Shown here piece after piece: positions 37,880 through 50,339 of a DNA stretch of 64,000 bases. The DNA is from Leptogorgia sarmentosa (lineage: Eukaryota). The stretch is from positions 18,228,001 through 18,292,000 of the forward strand of contig OZ210885.1 in the NCBI GenBank assembly GCA_964658305.1, read 5' to 3'. Below the pieces are notes generated by a model. That model did not search any database. It was given only the letters and a program-made list of their open reading frames with translations, and was not told the DNA's origin. Each line of letters opens with the position of its first letter. Positions within the stretch are counted from its first letter, which is position 1. The translations under genes were made by a program, and so were the position numbers.

Positions 37880-40800
37880 AGCATAAAAAAGTTGAACATA
37901 AAAAAGGCACCAAACTCGTAAAATCGTGGAAACAGATCTTACTATAGTACCGCATGCATCGCGAATGCCTGTAAATAAACGGTGTGATGCCCTCACTTTC
38001 TCCTGTCGGAAAAAAAAGGCAGAAGAAGTTTCCCCTTCCTCGGCCCACTGCTCCTTGCCTCGAATGCGCGCACCTTACGCCGCATAGAGATGTTCTAGTT
38101 CGAGTTTATCCTTAGTATCTTTTATAAGGTGTGCTACATCATCACCGTTGGCTTCCCGCCGATGAAGATGTTCAGGGGTAGTTTCTAAGGTATGTAGGTT
38201 TGACCGCCGTGACTGAGCCTTGCCACGAGAAAAACAACAAAGCTTGTGCTTCAAACGAGCCTTGCCCGCATCCCACCAAACGGCCAAGGACGGAAAAGTA
38301 TCTTTTTCAGACCGCCACGAAACCCAAATAGAGTCTCATCGCGCAATAACGAGGTATTCAGTTTCCACACCCCAGGACCTCGTTCAGGCAAGGCTGGAAA
38401 GGCCACCCGGAGAAAAACGTATGAATGGTCTGACTGGAAAAAAGGAAGGATAGACACCTCGGATACATGTTCATGTAAGGACGAGGAAATCCAGAACATA
38501 TCTAATCTGGATGCCTGGGAGCCACTGGCTCGACGCCATGTATAAGCTCCCTTAATTGGGTGGTGTAAACGCCAGGTGTCAACCAAATCACACCTATTAG
38601 TTAGGGAAGAAAGAGGTGCAGGCCAGCTATATGCCCAAGGGGAATCCGGATTGCATCCTAAACGGTCGACATGCGGATCGACGATGACATTAAAATCCCC
38701 ACACAAAATCGTGGGAAGAGCTGGATCGATCCTCTGATATAAGGAAGCAAAAAATTCTATACCAGCATGTTTTTTATTTGGACCGTATATATTCACAACC
38801 TGAATCACAGATTCAAGGTTGACGTGCTTAAAACAGGCTACTATAAGTCGACCGTCGGAGTCTTTGGCAACCTTCTCAATTTTAAAACTAGGTTTATAAA
38901 GTAATGCAACCCCAGCACTACGTATAGAGCCCGGAGAAGATTCTACGAGATAGTGTTGCAGATTATTATTTTCTCTAGATTCAGTCGCAAGCCAAGATTG
39001 AAATTCTTCAACTGAACGACAATGTGTCTCCTGAAGAGCAATGATGTCAGGCTTGGCACAATTAAGCCAAGAGAAAAAGGTTTTACAATGTCGAGGATTA
39101 CACAATCCCTGGACATTTAAAGTTATGATAAATAAGTGTTGCTTATCCATCATGATTGTTTGGGAGATATACTATATAATTCTATTACTATTTTATATTA
39201 CTATGTTACTATGTTACTATGTTAGCGTGAAGCTTACTAAAAACAACTTTCCGACCCATCATCGGAAGGGTCACCGCTTTCTGAAAAAAAGCGTTGCAGG
39301 AAAAGAGTTTCTTCAGAAGCTGAAGTTGCTTCTGGTCTATTATTATTCATGGGGCTAGCTGTCTCAGACGAGCTAGCACCCTCCGTGGCGTACGAGTTCA
39401 AGAGAGAGTCTGATAGTTCATTGGCCATTTCCGTTGCAGAATCGTCTATTGGGAAATCGATGACAAGTGAGGGAATACCCTGCACTTCATCATCAGGGGG
39501 TAAAGGCAGATCTTCGGGCCTAGACGCCTCAGGGGGTAGAGGCACATTCTCTGGCAAAGGCCTACCCTCTATTGTTGGTTCGGTATCCATTAACGACTGA
39601 TCGACCTCTGGAAAACCAGAAGGGGATTTCTCACTTGTAGAGGACAACTTTCTACGAGAGTCCTTGCGGGGAGGCGATCGAGAATGGTCTCCTTCATCGG
39701 ACTTTTGCGCACGGCGACGCTTCGTGTGAAGATGCAGCGGTGGGATTGGAGTGCGCTCTGGTAAGTTGGACACGCCCGACTCGGATGGGTTTTCGTTTCC
39801 CAACTCCGATGGAATTGGAGGCAAAGTACCGGACTGAGATGGGTCGGTACAGACAGAAGGCTTTGTTACATTGTCCACGACTGTCTGGTGGACTTGCTCG
39901 CTGGCATCTCCGACGAGGCACCGGACTGGACGTTGTTGCGGCTGGGATTTCTGGTCGCACTCGACTAGGGCAGTCTGAGCGATTGTGGCCTTCTTGACCA
40001 CAGCCAAAGCAAAGACGTTTCTGGCCTTTATGGTGGAAAAAGCACCAATGGCCAGCGATGCGCATGAGGAAGGGGATGGGTTGCCGGATCTCCATCAACA
40101 CATGTCGTACTCCGGTGTATATGTGGGAATAGACTTCCGACGAGATCTTTTTGATTTCGCCAAAGCCACTTAGCACCTTAGTTATCTCTACTTCAGGTAC
40201 ACCGTATGATAAGCGGGTAACGTTTACCCAGGTGTATTTTGAAATTGGCCGGAATTCTACAGGGAAACACCGCACTAGCAAACCCGAGTGCTTGGCAGCT
40301 TCCATCTTCCATGCACCCTTAAAGGTCACACAGAACCGGCCAGGGGCCATCATCACGATAGCCTCGAAAATGGAGGTGTAGTCTTCTACTTGACCATGGA
40401 AGTCATCTATGACCTCCTTAACGTTCACTCTGTGAGCCTCTATATTATCCGAGAGGACCACATCGCAGGTACGATTTACATGTGGAATCATCCTGGCTTT
40501 CGTTCGAGAACTAGTCTCGAGAAAAAGGAAAAAAAGGCTTAAAAGAAAAAGGCTTAACTAAATCGAGAACAAAGTCTCGAAAAACAAAAGGAAAAGAAAA
40601 AAGGCTTAGCCTAAGTCAAGAACTACAGTCTCGAAAATTAAATTAACCTATTTCGGGAACAAAGTCTCGAAAGAAGGAAAAGAAAAGAAAGAGGCTTAGC
40701 CTAAATCGAGAACCAAGTCTCGAAAACTAGTTTAACATAGCACGAGAACCAAGTCTCGGGAAACACACTGTACATAACCCGAGAACCAAGTCTCGAAAAC

Positions 40801-41555
40801 ACACTTAACTAATCGAGAACCAATCTCGAGAGTTAACTTGACTTAACCCGAGAACCAAGTCTCGAAATCTAACTAGACTTAAACCGAGAATCAAGTCTCG
40901 AAAACACACTTAACTAATCGAGAACCAAGTCTCGAGAATTAACTTGACTTAACCTGAGAACCAAGTCTCGAAAACACACTTAGCTGATCGAGAACCAAGT
41001 CTCGAGAATTAACTTGACTTAACCTGAGAACCAAGTCTCGAAAACACACTTAGCTGATCGAGAACCAAGTCTCGAGAATTAACTTGACTTAACTAGACCG
41101 AGAACCGAGTCTCGAACACACACTAAACTTAACTGAGAACCAAGTCTCGCAGACTAAATTAGCTTAACCGAGAACCGAGTCTCGAAAACTAACTAAACCG
41201 AGAACCGAGTCTCGAACACACACTTAAACTAAACCGAGAACCAAGTCTCGAAAACTAAATGGACCTAAGTCGAGACCCCAGTCTCGAAAAGGACGGGAAG
41301 CAGAAAAGAGGAACGAATCCCTCTAAAAAGGAAAGGAAGAAGGAGCCTGTCCTAACGATTCCCCCTAGAGGGCCTCGCAGAAAGGCACAGCCACGCGGTG
41401 TACCACCAAGGGCGAAGCCAAGGAGGCCTGAACCGACCGACACGAACTAAAGGAACGGACTGGACAGCACAGGGACGGACAACACAGGAACGGACTGGAC
41501 AGCAATGGACAGCACAGGAAAGGAACAGCACAGAAAAACGGCACAGGAACGGAAT
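37880..41555 (-). mobile_element. Tx1 family A copy (5' UTR, ORF1, endonuclease); 3' half lost
   Basis: ORFs 39694..40491, 39237..40007, 38251..39153 and 38075..38287 are homologous to A1. Confidence 0.88.
40504..41290. repeat. Family A 5' UTR CGAGAACCAAGTCTCG hairpin array
   Basis: More than 20 units, including a higher-order dimer repeat of about 65 bp at 40900-41100. Confidence 0.9.
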
Positions 41556-41820
41556 AATGCGGTCCTCCTTCGCGCCGCCATTAGCAACCGCGGCGGTCGC
41601 GAAATCGCAAGTGAAACGAGCCGCAAACGTTGTGGCACGCGGCGATGATGACGGGTACAATAAATCGTTTGTGCGCTGCTAATTGATTCGGGTGCACGCG
41701 CGAAACTGCTCGCGACGCACGCGTGTTCTCCACAAATTTCTGGCGAATTTTTGGCAGGCGCACATGGCGCTTTTTCCCATTCGCTGGCTCCGCGACCGAT
41801 TCGCGAATGGCAAATGAGCG
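41556..41820 (-). promoter_or_regulatory. U2 upstream flank; the proximal ~55 nt and the U2 5' end are deleted
   Basis: Homologous to 62434-62644. Confidence 0.7.
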
Positions 41821-41825
41821 ACATG

Positions 41826-42045
41826 TGTTACTGCCAATGAGCAAGTAAACTACAATCTTACTCTCTTTAATTCTTCTTAAGAACATACATGTACTTTAGC
41901 AAGGCTCTTAGCCAACGTTCAAAGATTGTTGACGATTACACTCTTTCTTAAACTGGCTTGACGAATACTAGCAAATTAATATAAGTCTCCATCCTTTTAT
42001 ATTGTCGTAAAGTCATTTACATATAATTAGCAATAGTATGCTACA
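41826..42045 (-). repeat. BEL 3' LTR (220 bp)
   Basis: Near-identical to 48274-48510 apart from a ~17-bp deletion and a few substitutions. Confidence 0.92.
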
Positions 42046-42088
42046 CACCGGCCTCTTAAGTGTGCGAGGCAATCAAACACTTATAATC

Positions 42089-45000
42089 TTATTCATCATA
42101 ACTGTCCGCTTCTAACAATAACACTAACTTATCTATCGGTCTCTCCAATATGTTAGACTTTGTTCTTACTTGAACACGTCGTACCAAACCTTTCTTATCA
42201 GCCATAACCTTCTCGACTTTTCCCATTAACCACATGTTTCTTGAGGTAGAGGAATCGGCTAGTAATACTATGTCACCAACTGCTACGTTGCGTTTGGACT
42301 GGAGCCATTTCTGTCTTCTCTGCAACATGGGGATGTATTCCCGAATCCATCTTTTCCAAAATATATCCACGAGATATTGTACTTGTCTCCATCGTCTTTT
42401 GGAATACGTATCGGCTTTGTTGAATACTCCAGGAGGGAAGGATTGGTTGGATTGGGTAAGCAACAGATGATTCGGTGTTAGCGCATGAAGGTCTTTCGGA
42501 TCTTCGCTGACTTTTGTAATGGGTCGACCATTCAGCAGCGCTTCGACTTCACACATCAGGGTATGTAACCCTTCATCATCAACTATTTGCTCCTTTAGCA
42601 ATACTCTCAGAATACCACGAATGGTTCTGATGCATCTTTCCCATATACCTCCATGGTGGGATCCATAAGGAGGGTTAAATGTCCACTTGATGTGCTTCTG
42701 TAAAAGATGGCCATGAATTTTATCCTGGTTCCACTTGCTGATAGCTTCTCTTAATTCCTTTTCTCCACTCGTGAAGTTTGTTCCATTATCAGATCTTATT
42801 TCCTTGACTTGTCCTCATCTAGCTAGAAATCTTCTTAAAGCCAAAATGAAAGAATCTGTGTCGAGGCTGTGCGAAATTTCGATGTGGACGGCTCGTATTG
42901 CCAGACACGTAAATATTACCCCATATCTCTTTACTAAGCTTCTGCCACGACGAACTGTGAACGGACCAAAGTAGTCTACTCCAACGTAGGTAAATGGAGG
43001 ATGGTCAGGGGTCAAACGATCTTTGGGTAGGTCTGCCATTTTTTGCTCTAAGACTGGTGCTTTCCATTTTCTGCAGCTGATACAACATGAAAGTAATCAT
43101 CTTACAGCTGAGTTAGCCTGAATGATCCAATATCGTCTGCGTAGAAGTGCTAACATATATTCTCTGCCAAGATGACCAGAGATAACGTGATAATATTGAA
43201 TGATAATGTTCGTTATGTGATTTCCTTTCGGCAGGATAATCGGATGCTTCGAACATTCAGGAATTGCAGCATTTCGTAGTCTTCCACCCACGACTAGAAG
43301 ACCATCACTAAGAATCGGGTCCAGTTTGGATAATGGGCTTGATTTCTTTATACATGCTTGTTTTGATCTTTGTTCTTGTAGTGCTGCTATTTCTTCTGGA
43401 AAATACTTTCGTTGGACACATCTCAGAATGGCTTTCTCTGCTGTTTTCAACTCGTCAACGCTTAACTTTTCGCTATTCGATTTCGAAGATTCTCTACTTT
43501 CAGATATCTGTTCTTTACGTTTCCGAATGGCTTCGATCAGCTTTCTGCGATAACGTAGGATCCACGCTACCAATTTCACTGCATGATACCAAGAAGAAAT
43601 TCCATGTACAAGGTTAAGAAGAAAGTCCTCTTTCGATGAAGCATTTTGGACATGGGTAATGCACAATAGTGTATTACGTTTCAATTCGGGGTCTTCAGAA
43701 GGTATTTCGGCTGACTGAAAACTCTCGGGACGTTCAGGCCAATATGATCGAGGTTTCCACAGAAAATCAGGACCGTCTATCCAAGTGTTGGACTTCAGGA
43801 ATTTATCAGCAGTCAGACCGCGTGACGCTAAATCAGCAGGATTCGTTATACCATTCACGAACCTCCACTGTGTTGGATCTGATCTATCTCTAATTATGGC
43901 AATGCGATTAGCAACGAAGGTTTGAAATCTTCAATTCTCATTTTCTACATAACGTATTACTGCTGTACTGTCCGTCCAAAAGGTGGAGCTTTCGAGCGGA
44001 ATATCCATTTCGTTCAACAACATAGAATCAACACGAACAGACACTGTCGCAGCTGAAAGTTCGAGGCGAGGAATAGAGATCGTTTTCAGGGGTGCCACAC
44101 GAGCCATTCTGAGTACGAGCGAACAATGGACTCTTTTATCATGGCTTTCTTGGCGAAGATACGACACCGACCCGTACCCAGATTCGGATGCATCAGAAAA
44201 GTGGTGCAGCTCACTTGACTTGACTTCGAAATCTGGAGGCTTGTAACAGCGCGGGATTGATAATTGAGACAATTTAGGCAGCTCTTCTAACCACCTCAAC
44301 CACGCTAATCGATACTCTTCTGGTATTTGATCATCCCATCCCAGCTTTAATCTGCATAACTCTTGCAAGATGATTTTTGCAGGCAAGATAACTGGCGATA
44401 ACAAACCGAGCGGATCGTAGATGGAACTCACTGTTGATAGGATTCCTCGTCTGGTTGGGGGTCTTACTTTAATGATGATCTTAAAACGAAATTTGTCCGA
44501 TTCTGCAGACCAAGAGTTCCCAGAGCTCTTTCTATTGGTAGTTTATCTTGATCCAAATCAAGATCTTAACTGCATTGGCGCGTTCTTTCTTTGGTATACT
44601 TGTCAACAATTCACGGCTGTTGCTTGTCCACTTTGTTAAACGAAAGCCTCCTTTCATCAACAGATCGCGTAGATTCTGGACGAGTGGAGTCGTATCACCG
44701 ATAGTAGGAGTGGACTTGAGGCAATCGTCTACGTAGAAGTTTCTCTTAACTATATTGGTAACTTCACTATCGAACTTTTCTTCATTATCTTCGGCCGTTT
44801 TCAAAAGGGCGAAATTCGAGCAGTTAGGTGAGGATGCAGCTCCGAAGAGGTGCACGAGCATTCGGTATTCTTCCGGTTCTTTCGTGAGGTCACTGTCAGT
44901 CCACCATAGAAAGCGAAGAAAATCAGCGTCGGCATGTGGTATTCTGACTTGGTAGAACATAGCTTCTATGTCTGCCATAAATGCAATATATTCTTCACGA

Positions 45001-48000
45001 AACCTTATCAAGACTCCAAGCAGGTGGTTGCTTAAGTTAGGACCGGTCAGTAGTTGATCATTTAGGGATGTGCCTTTATATTTGCACGAACAATCGAACA
45101 CCACCCTTACTTTTCCTGGCTTCTGGGGGTGGTAGACACCATGGTGGGGTAGGTACCAGACTTTCCCATCACTTTTACCCAAAAGTTCTGGCGGGACTTT
45201 TCGTGCGTACGATTTGTCCAGGAGATTATCGATAAACACCTTGTAGTCTTCGAAAAGCTGCGGGTTCTTCAGGAACTTTTGTTTCAACCAGTGGGCACGC
45301 TGTTGTACCTGTTCTTTGTTGTTTGGCATTTGACAATTACTGTTCTTGAAAGGCAACGCGATAACATAATGATCATTCTTCAGAGTAGTTGTACTTCGGA
45401 CAGAGGCCATGAACTGTGCTTCTTTTCGGGACATTTCGGTTTTGACATCGGAGATTGATTCGTTGAAGTCTCTATTGATTGCGTCCATCACAACTTGATT
45501 TAATGTAACATCTGCATTCACGAAGAAACTTCCGATTCCCTGAGCTTTATTCTGACGAAATAAAGGCCCATTAATTGCCCATCCTAGCACTGTTTTTGTC
45601 GCATACGGACCACTGTTCTCGCTATTTATAACTTCTATAGGATTCAACGCTTTCGGAACGTCACTTGCGATCAGAATACCGACTTGGGCGTCGACAATTG
45701 GTAATTGTACGCCTTGAAGATGCGGCCACTTGTCCACGTCTTCTTGAGTTGGAATGTCTTTATTTGACACTGGAATTTCGGCTGCAGTATCGATAAATGG
45801 CAAGTCAATCGAACAATTTTCATCCAAATCCAAGATTTCCAGGTGCTGGATAACGGAGCTATTGATGATGCTATTCTTCGCTTCCATTGTCGTTAGCGAT
45901 ATCGTCGTTTCGATACCCTTAACACCCAACTGTTCAGCTAGATTCTCCGTACAAAACGACGAGTCACTTCCGTTGTCCAAGAACGCATAGGTCACAACTG
46001 TCATATTCGTTTCTTTACTTCGTACTTTGACGGGAATTATAGCTCTGGCAATCTTAGATTTTCCAGCCCCTGTTCGGTCAGGGATTTCTCTGTCGGGTTC
46101 TCCACTTGTAAAGGCAATACGGGCTTCACCGACACGAGTACGATCACGTGATGTTAACGGGCTATCGCCAGCTGCTTGGAATTGATCTTCATCCGTAGTT
46201 GTCGACTTGTCTACCTTGTTGTTCTTCGGGTTACTTGAGATCGAGTGCAAAACGGTTGGATGCTTCTTGAAACATTTTGCAACTTTGCAGGAGAGTCGTC
46301 CGGTGCAAGATTTTGCGAGATGACCTTCACGGAGGCAGCTAAAACATAACTGAGCACTCTTCAGAAAGTCAATGCGATTTTTATAAGGTTTACTTTTCAA
46401 GACTTCACAATTTTCGATAGTATGACCGACTTCTTCACGACCGTTCTTACTGCAATACTGACAGGGTTTATTAGATTCCTTTACATTAATACCAAAACTC
46501 GATCCTCCGGATTTTGGCTTCGCAGGCTTAACTCGATTAGCTAACGGTTTCACAGAGGAAATATTACCAAACACAGGATGGGTAGCAATTCTTGCTTCCT
46601 TTTCCACGAAATTTGCAAGGTCTGTAAACGTTACCATTCTTTGGTTGATTTCAGTAATGTCATCTACTGTTCTTCGCCATCTGCATCTCATATTAAAGGG
46701 CAATATTTGTACAATCTGATGAATATTTTCAGGATTGTCGAATTTAGTCATGAAGTCATTACCATCCATAACATTCTTGCAACATACAAGAAGGATCGAG
46801 AATCTGTGTAAGTTCGCATTATCTTCTGATTTCAATTCAGGCCACTTTAACACTTTGTCCATATAGGCGGCTGCAATCTTGTACTCATTTCCATAATTTC
46901 TTTTCAACAGCGCTCTAGCTTCAGGATAACCACGTACCGGAGGCATGTGATGACACGATTTTACCAACTCTTTCGCTTGGCCAGAAGTAAATTGTTCTAA
47001 ATAATACAAACGTTCGGATAAAGTTATTATACTCCGTAGGATTTCCGTTCGGAACTTTTGCTTCGATAATATTCTCAAACGCGCGTATAAAGTTATTATA
47101 CGCCGTAGGATTTCCATCAAAAACTGGAACACGTTGTTGTGGTAAGGTGCTCTTTCGCTGCTGTACTGAAAAGCCTTTCATGATTTCATTTTGCTGAATA
47201 TTTAAATCATTCTGTTGTTCTTGAAGTCGTAGCATTGTTTCTAATGTCGTATTATGCAATTCTGTTGGTTCTCGTTCCGGTTGATCACGTCTTTTGAAAC
47301 TTGTATCTTGTTGATCAACTATCTTGGAGACGGCCGCTCTTTTGTCTGTTTTGCTAATAAACGATGGTTGAGGTAATTTTCTACCAATCGAACGAGGTAT
47401 TTTTACTTCATGTTCTGGTGGGCTTTGGTGAACAGCTACATTTTCAAATGGGTTTTTATTGGACGGTTGAGGTGCTTGTAAGGCTGCCAGCGCCTTTTCT
47501 TTTGCCGCAGACTTAGCGATTTCCATCTCCAACTTTATGCGAGTTTCCTCTTGCTCTAATCGTAATTTCTCTTGCTCTAAACGTTGCTGGACTTCTAGAG
47601 ACTTTGCCTGTACCATAAGCTCAGCCAATTTTACAGCTTCATTAGCTCTTAGCTCGGATGTCACAGACGAGTGAGTAGACTGTTTTGATGAAACTTTCGA
47701 AGCAACTTGACTTGCGGAGTCACTAGGTGATATCTCAGGAAGGGACATCAAACGTAGCTCTTTATCTTTAATCCACTCAATTATGTTATCAATAAATTCT
47801 CGGTATGATTTCTCTTGATCTTCGTATCGCCTTTCGGCTTGCATCATACGTTCCGCATCGGGTTCATTAGATTGACACGCTCGATGCGCATCATAATACT
47901 TGTTAAATAATCGTTTCAAACTTTCGTATTTCTCCATAACCAGCTTAACATCGCCATCTTCAGCTAGTAGAGTGCTTATCTCGTTCTTTTTAGCTGTAAC

Positions 48001-48250
48001 TGCCGATAAAACACCGCTTCGACTGTTCCTAAGGCGCTTTAATTGTTCTTCCGAGCTCAATTGTTTGTTGACATTGTTTTCCAAACCCGACACACGAATT
48101 TTCGAATTTTGCTGTATTGTAACATCGCTTTGGTCGCTACTTCCATCAGAGGACGATAAAATTGTGGATTGTCGAACATCTTCATCAATATGAAGCGTGC
48201 TGTTGAGTTCTGCGTCTGTAGTGAGTATATCTTGCTCAAAATATGCCATT
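42089..48250 (-). pseudogene. BEL gag-pol (Zn knuckles, protease, RT, RNase H, integrase) with stops and frameshifts
   Basis: CFSCLREGH, FLDNGS, WYLPHH, FYVDD, FSDAS, DYFGPF, LTPNHLL motifs. Confidence 0.92.
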
Positions 48251-48273
48251 GTAATCGTGAATCTTTGAACTAA

Positions 48274-48510
48274 TGTTACTGCCAATGAGCAAGTAAACTA
48301 CAATCTTACTCTCTTTAATTCTTCTTAAGAACATACATATACTTTTAACTATAATTGCTGCCAATAAGGCTCTTAGCCAACGTTCAAAGATTGTTGACGA
48401 TCACACTCTTTCTTAAACTGGCTTGACGAATACTAGCAAATTAATATAAGTCTCCGTCCTTTTATATTGTCGTAAAGTCATTTACATATAATTAGCAATA
48501 GTATGCTACA
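48274..48510 (-). repeat. BEL 5' LTR (237 bp)
   Basis: Direct repeat of 41826-42045. Confidence 0.92.
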
Positions 48511-48902
48511 ACATGCATTGAGTTGAACGAAGCGCGTCCGGTTGCGCTTCGGTTGGAGAAATGACAAGTGCATTTGAATTGGAAATGGTTGTTTAACATA
48601 AATCTAGTATAAAATGCATGATCGGTTGGCAGCACGTGTATCGATTGACTCATTCATTCATTCCATGTGATGTGCATACAACAAGGTGTGAGTAATCCAA
48701 TTCCAATATTGATTGCATGGTTGTGTATTAGTTTTGAATGACAGCGATTTAGTATCGAGTTACACGTGTTCGTGAAACACGCGGCCTGCAGTGTGAAGAG
48801 CACATAGAATTGTTGTCCCTTCAAAAAACTAGGATGCCGACGCGACGACATTTGTAATATGAGTTTTGAGTATTGGAAATGAGAATAATAAGATGAGGAT
48901 AA

Positions 48903-49066
48903 AGGCGACGAGCGCGAACGCAGGTCCCCACTACCAGAAATTATACGCTCAAGTTACCCACATTAGGGGTAATCGCAGGAGTCAACCCAGTCGAAGTGCA
49001 ATGAAAGGGCCTCATCCTGAGAGGACCTCCTAGTTGATCAAGGTGCCTCTCGCGTCAGGTAAGTAT
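48903..49066 (-). ncRNA. U1: U1 snRNA, full length and uninterrupted
   Basis: ATACTTACCTG 5' end; SL1 GAGAGG..GATCA..CCTCTC; SL2 loop ATTGCAC; Sm site AATTTCTGG; SL4 with TTCG loop; about 164 nt. Confidence 0.96.
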
Positions 49067-49522
49067 GACTTCATGGCGCATACGATTACCTTTTATACGC
49101 TGCAACCGCGAGGAATGCTTGTGGAACGAATGCATGGGGATGAGTTTGTCTGTCGATAGATGGATCGATCTATCTCTCGGACTGCACCGTGTTTGCACGT
49201 TCCGACAATTCTCGACCCGCATATTCAATACGAATTAACAAGAAAATCAAAGTATGTAAATCTCATGAACAGCGATGCTGCTTAAGCTTTGTTGGCCAAC
49301 GAGCAGCTACCCAAGACTATTATAACATGAATGTGTTAGGCTGCTTACCATAATTTGTTCGTCGTCGGTCATCCGCACTGAATAATGATGTCATTATATA
49401 CGTGTCTCTTGCCAAATGCCGGTTCGCGGCGAGGATCTATCTATAAAGTCAAGAATAATTTGTTAGAATTTTTTTGAACTGATAATGAGTGAGAAATCTT
49501 CCCCCAATAATGAAATTAGGGG
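49067..49522 (-). promoter_or_regulatory. U2-U1 intergenic spacer / U1 promoter region
   Basis: Repeat of 24512-24950. Confidence 0.8.
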
Positions 49523-49674
49523 AAGTGGGCCGTACTCGGAGGTAGTGCAATACCGAGACAACCCGTGGCCAGGGCGAAGCAAGCTTCAATCCCATGGCCG
49601 AGGTCCAAAAATCAGTTTAATATATGAGTTAGGACATTGCCTAACATATCAGATATTAAGCTGATAAGAACAGA
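49523..49674 (-). pseudogene. U2: U2 snRNA nt 39 to about 190
   Basis: Same sequence as 24951-25102, with Sm site and stem-loop IV. Confidence 0.95.
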
Positions 49675-50322
49675 AATTTTTTATTGACAATAAAAAAACC
49701 CATTTACATTGATTGACTTATGTGGTATGAGTTACAGTTAACATTACATTTATAGTGATAACTTGAATTGTTCATATTTATATGACTAATTATAGTACGT
49801 GGATTGTTCATAGTTCATATTACTGATTGTTACTGAGAGATCAATTAAAGATCAACATTAATGATATGTTTGTTCATTTGAGGACCATACTAATGGCTTT
49901 AAGAAAGGACGAAGCAATAAAGAGGTTTTTATTGATTACATCATTATTTGATTTAATTCTAAAAAGTTATTGTGGAACACCTGTGAGGTGTTGTACATAA
50001 ATGTTACGTGATCCTCTGATTGCATCAGCGCAGCAAAGTTTCCTGAGAAGAGTTCTATAGGTCTTGTTGATTTGTAGATCGTCAAGGACATCTTCGTTAC
50101 CATTGTACCAGGCACCGAGTGAGCCAACTACGAATCCAAATACTTTGGCATCCATGTTTTGTTGTTGGAAGTGATCGATTAGATATTGATATTTGTTCAC
50201 TTTACGTTGGGCAGCCATTTCAAGGGATGAGTCATCATTTTCGAAGGGGCACATGACGTCAATGATTGTTACTTTGTTACCATTTGTGATGACGATGTCG
50301 GGGCGGTTTATACCAGGAGCAC
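49675..50322 (-). mobile_element. 5'-truncated Utopia-type (NeSL clade) retrotransposon at U2 nt 38/39, no TSD
   Basis: RPDIV...IIDVMCPFEN...KVNKY...GSLGAW is a restriction-like PD-(D/E)xK endonuclease (49967-50322). Flanked by U2 GTGTAGTA and TCTGTTC. Confidence 0.9.
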
Positions 50323-50339
50323 TACTACACTTGATCTTA
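50323..50339 (-). pseudogene. U2: U2 snRNA nt 22-38, between the Tx1 and Utopia insertions
   Basis: TAAGATCAAGTGTAGTA. Confidence 0.92.

Larger units (their letters stand above)
41826..48510 (-). mobile_element. Full-length BEL/Pao LTR retrotransposon in the U1-to-U2 spacer, 5-bp TSD ACATG
   Basis: TG..CA LTRs at 41826-42045 and 48274-48510. ACATG at 41821-41825 and 48511-48515. Confidence 0.95.

Noticed and set aside
40504..41290. CRISPR-like repeat-spacer appearance of the CGAGAACCAAGTCTCG arrays
   Set aside because: Eukaryotic retrotransposon UTR; spacers are short, related to each other and variable in length; no cas genes.
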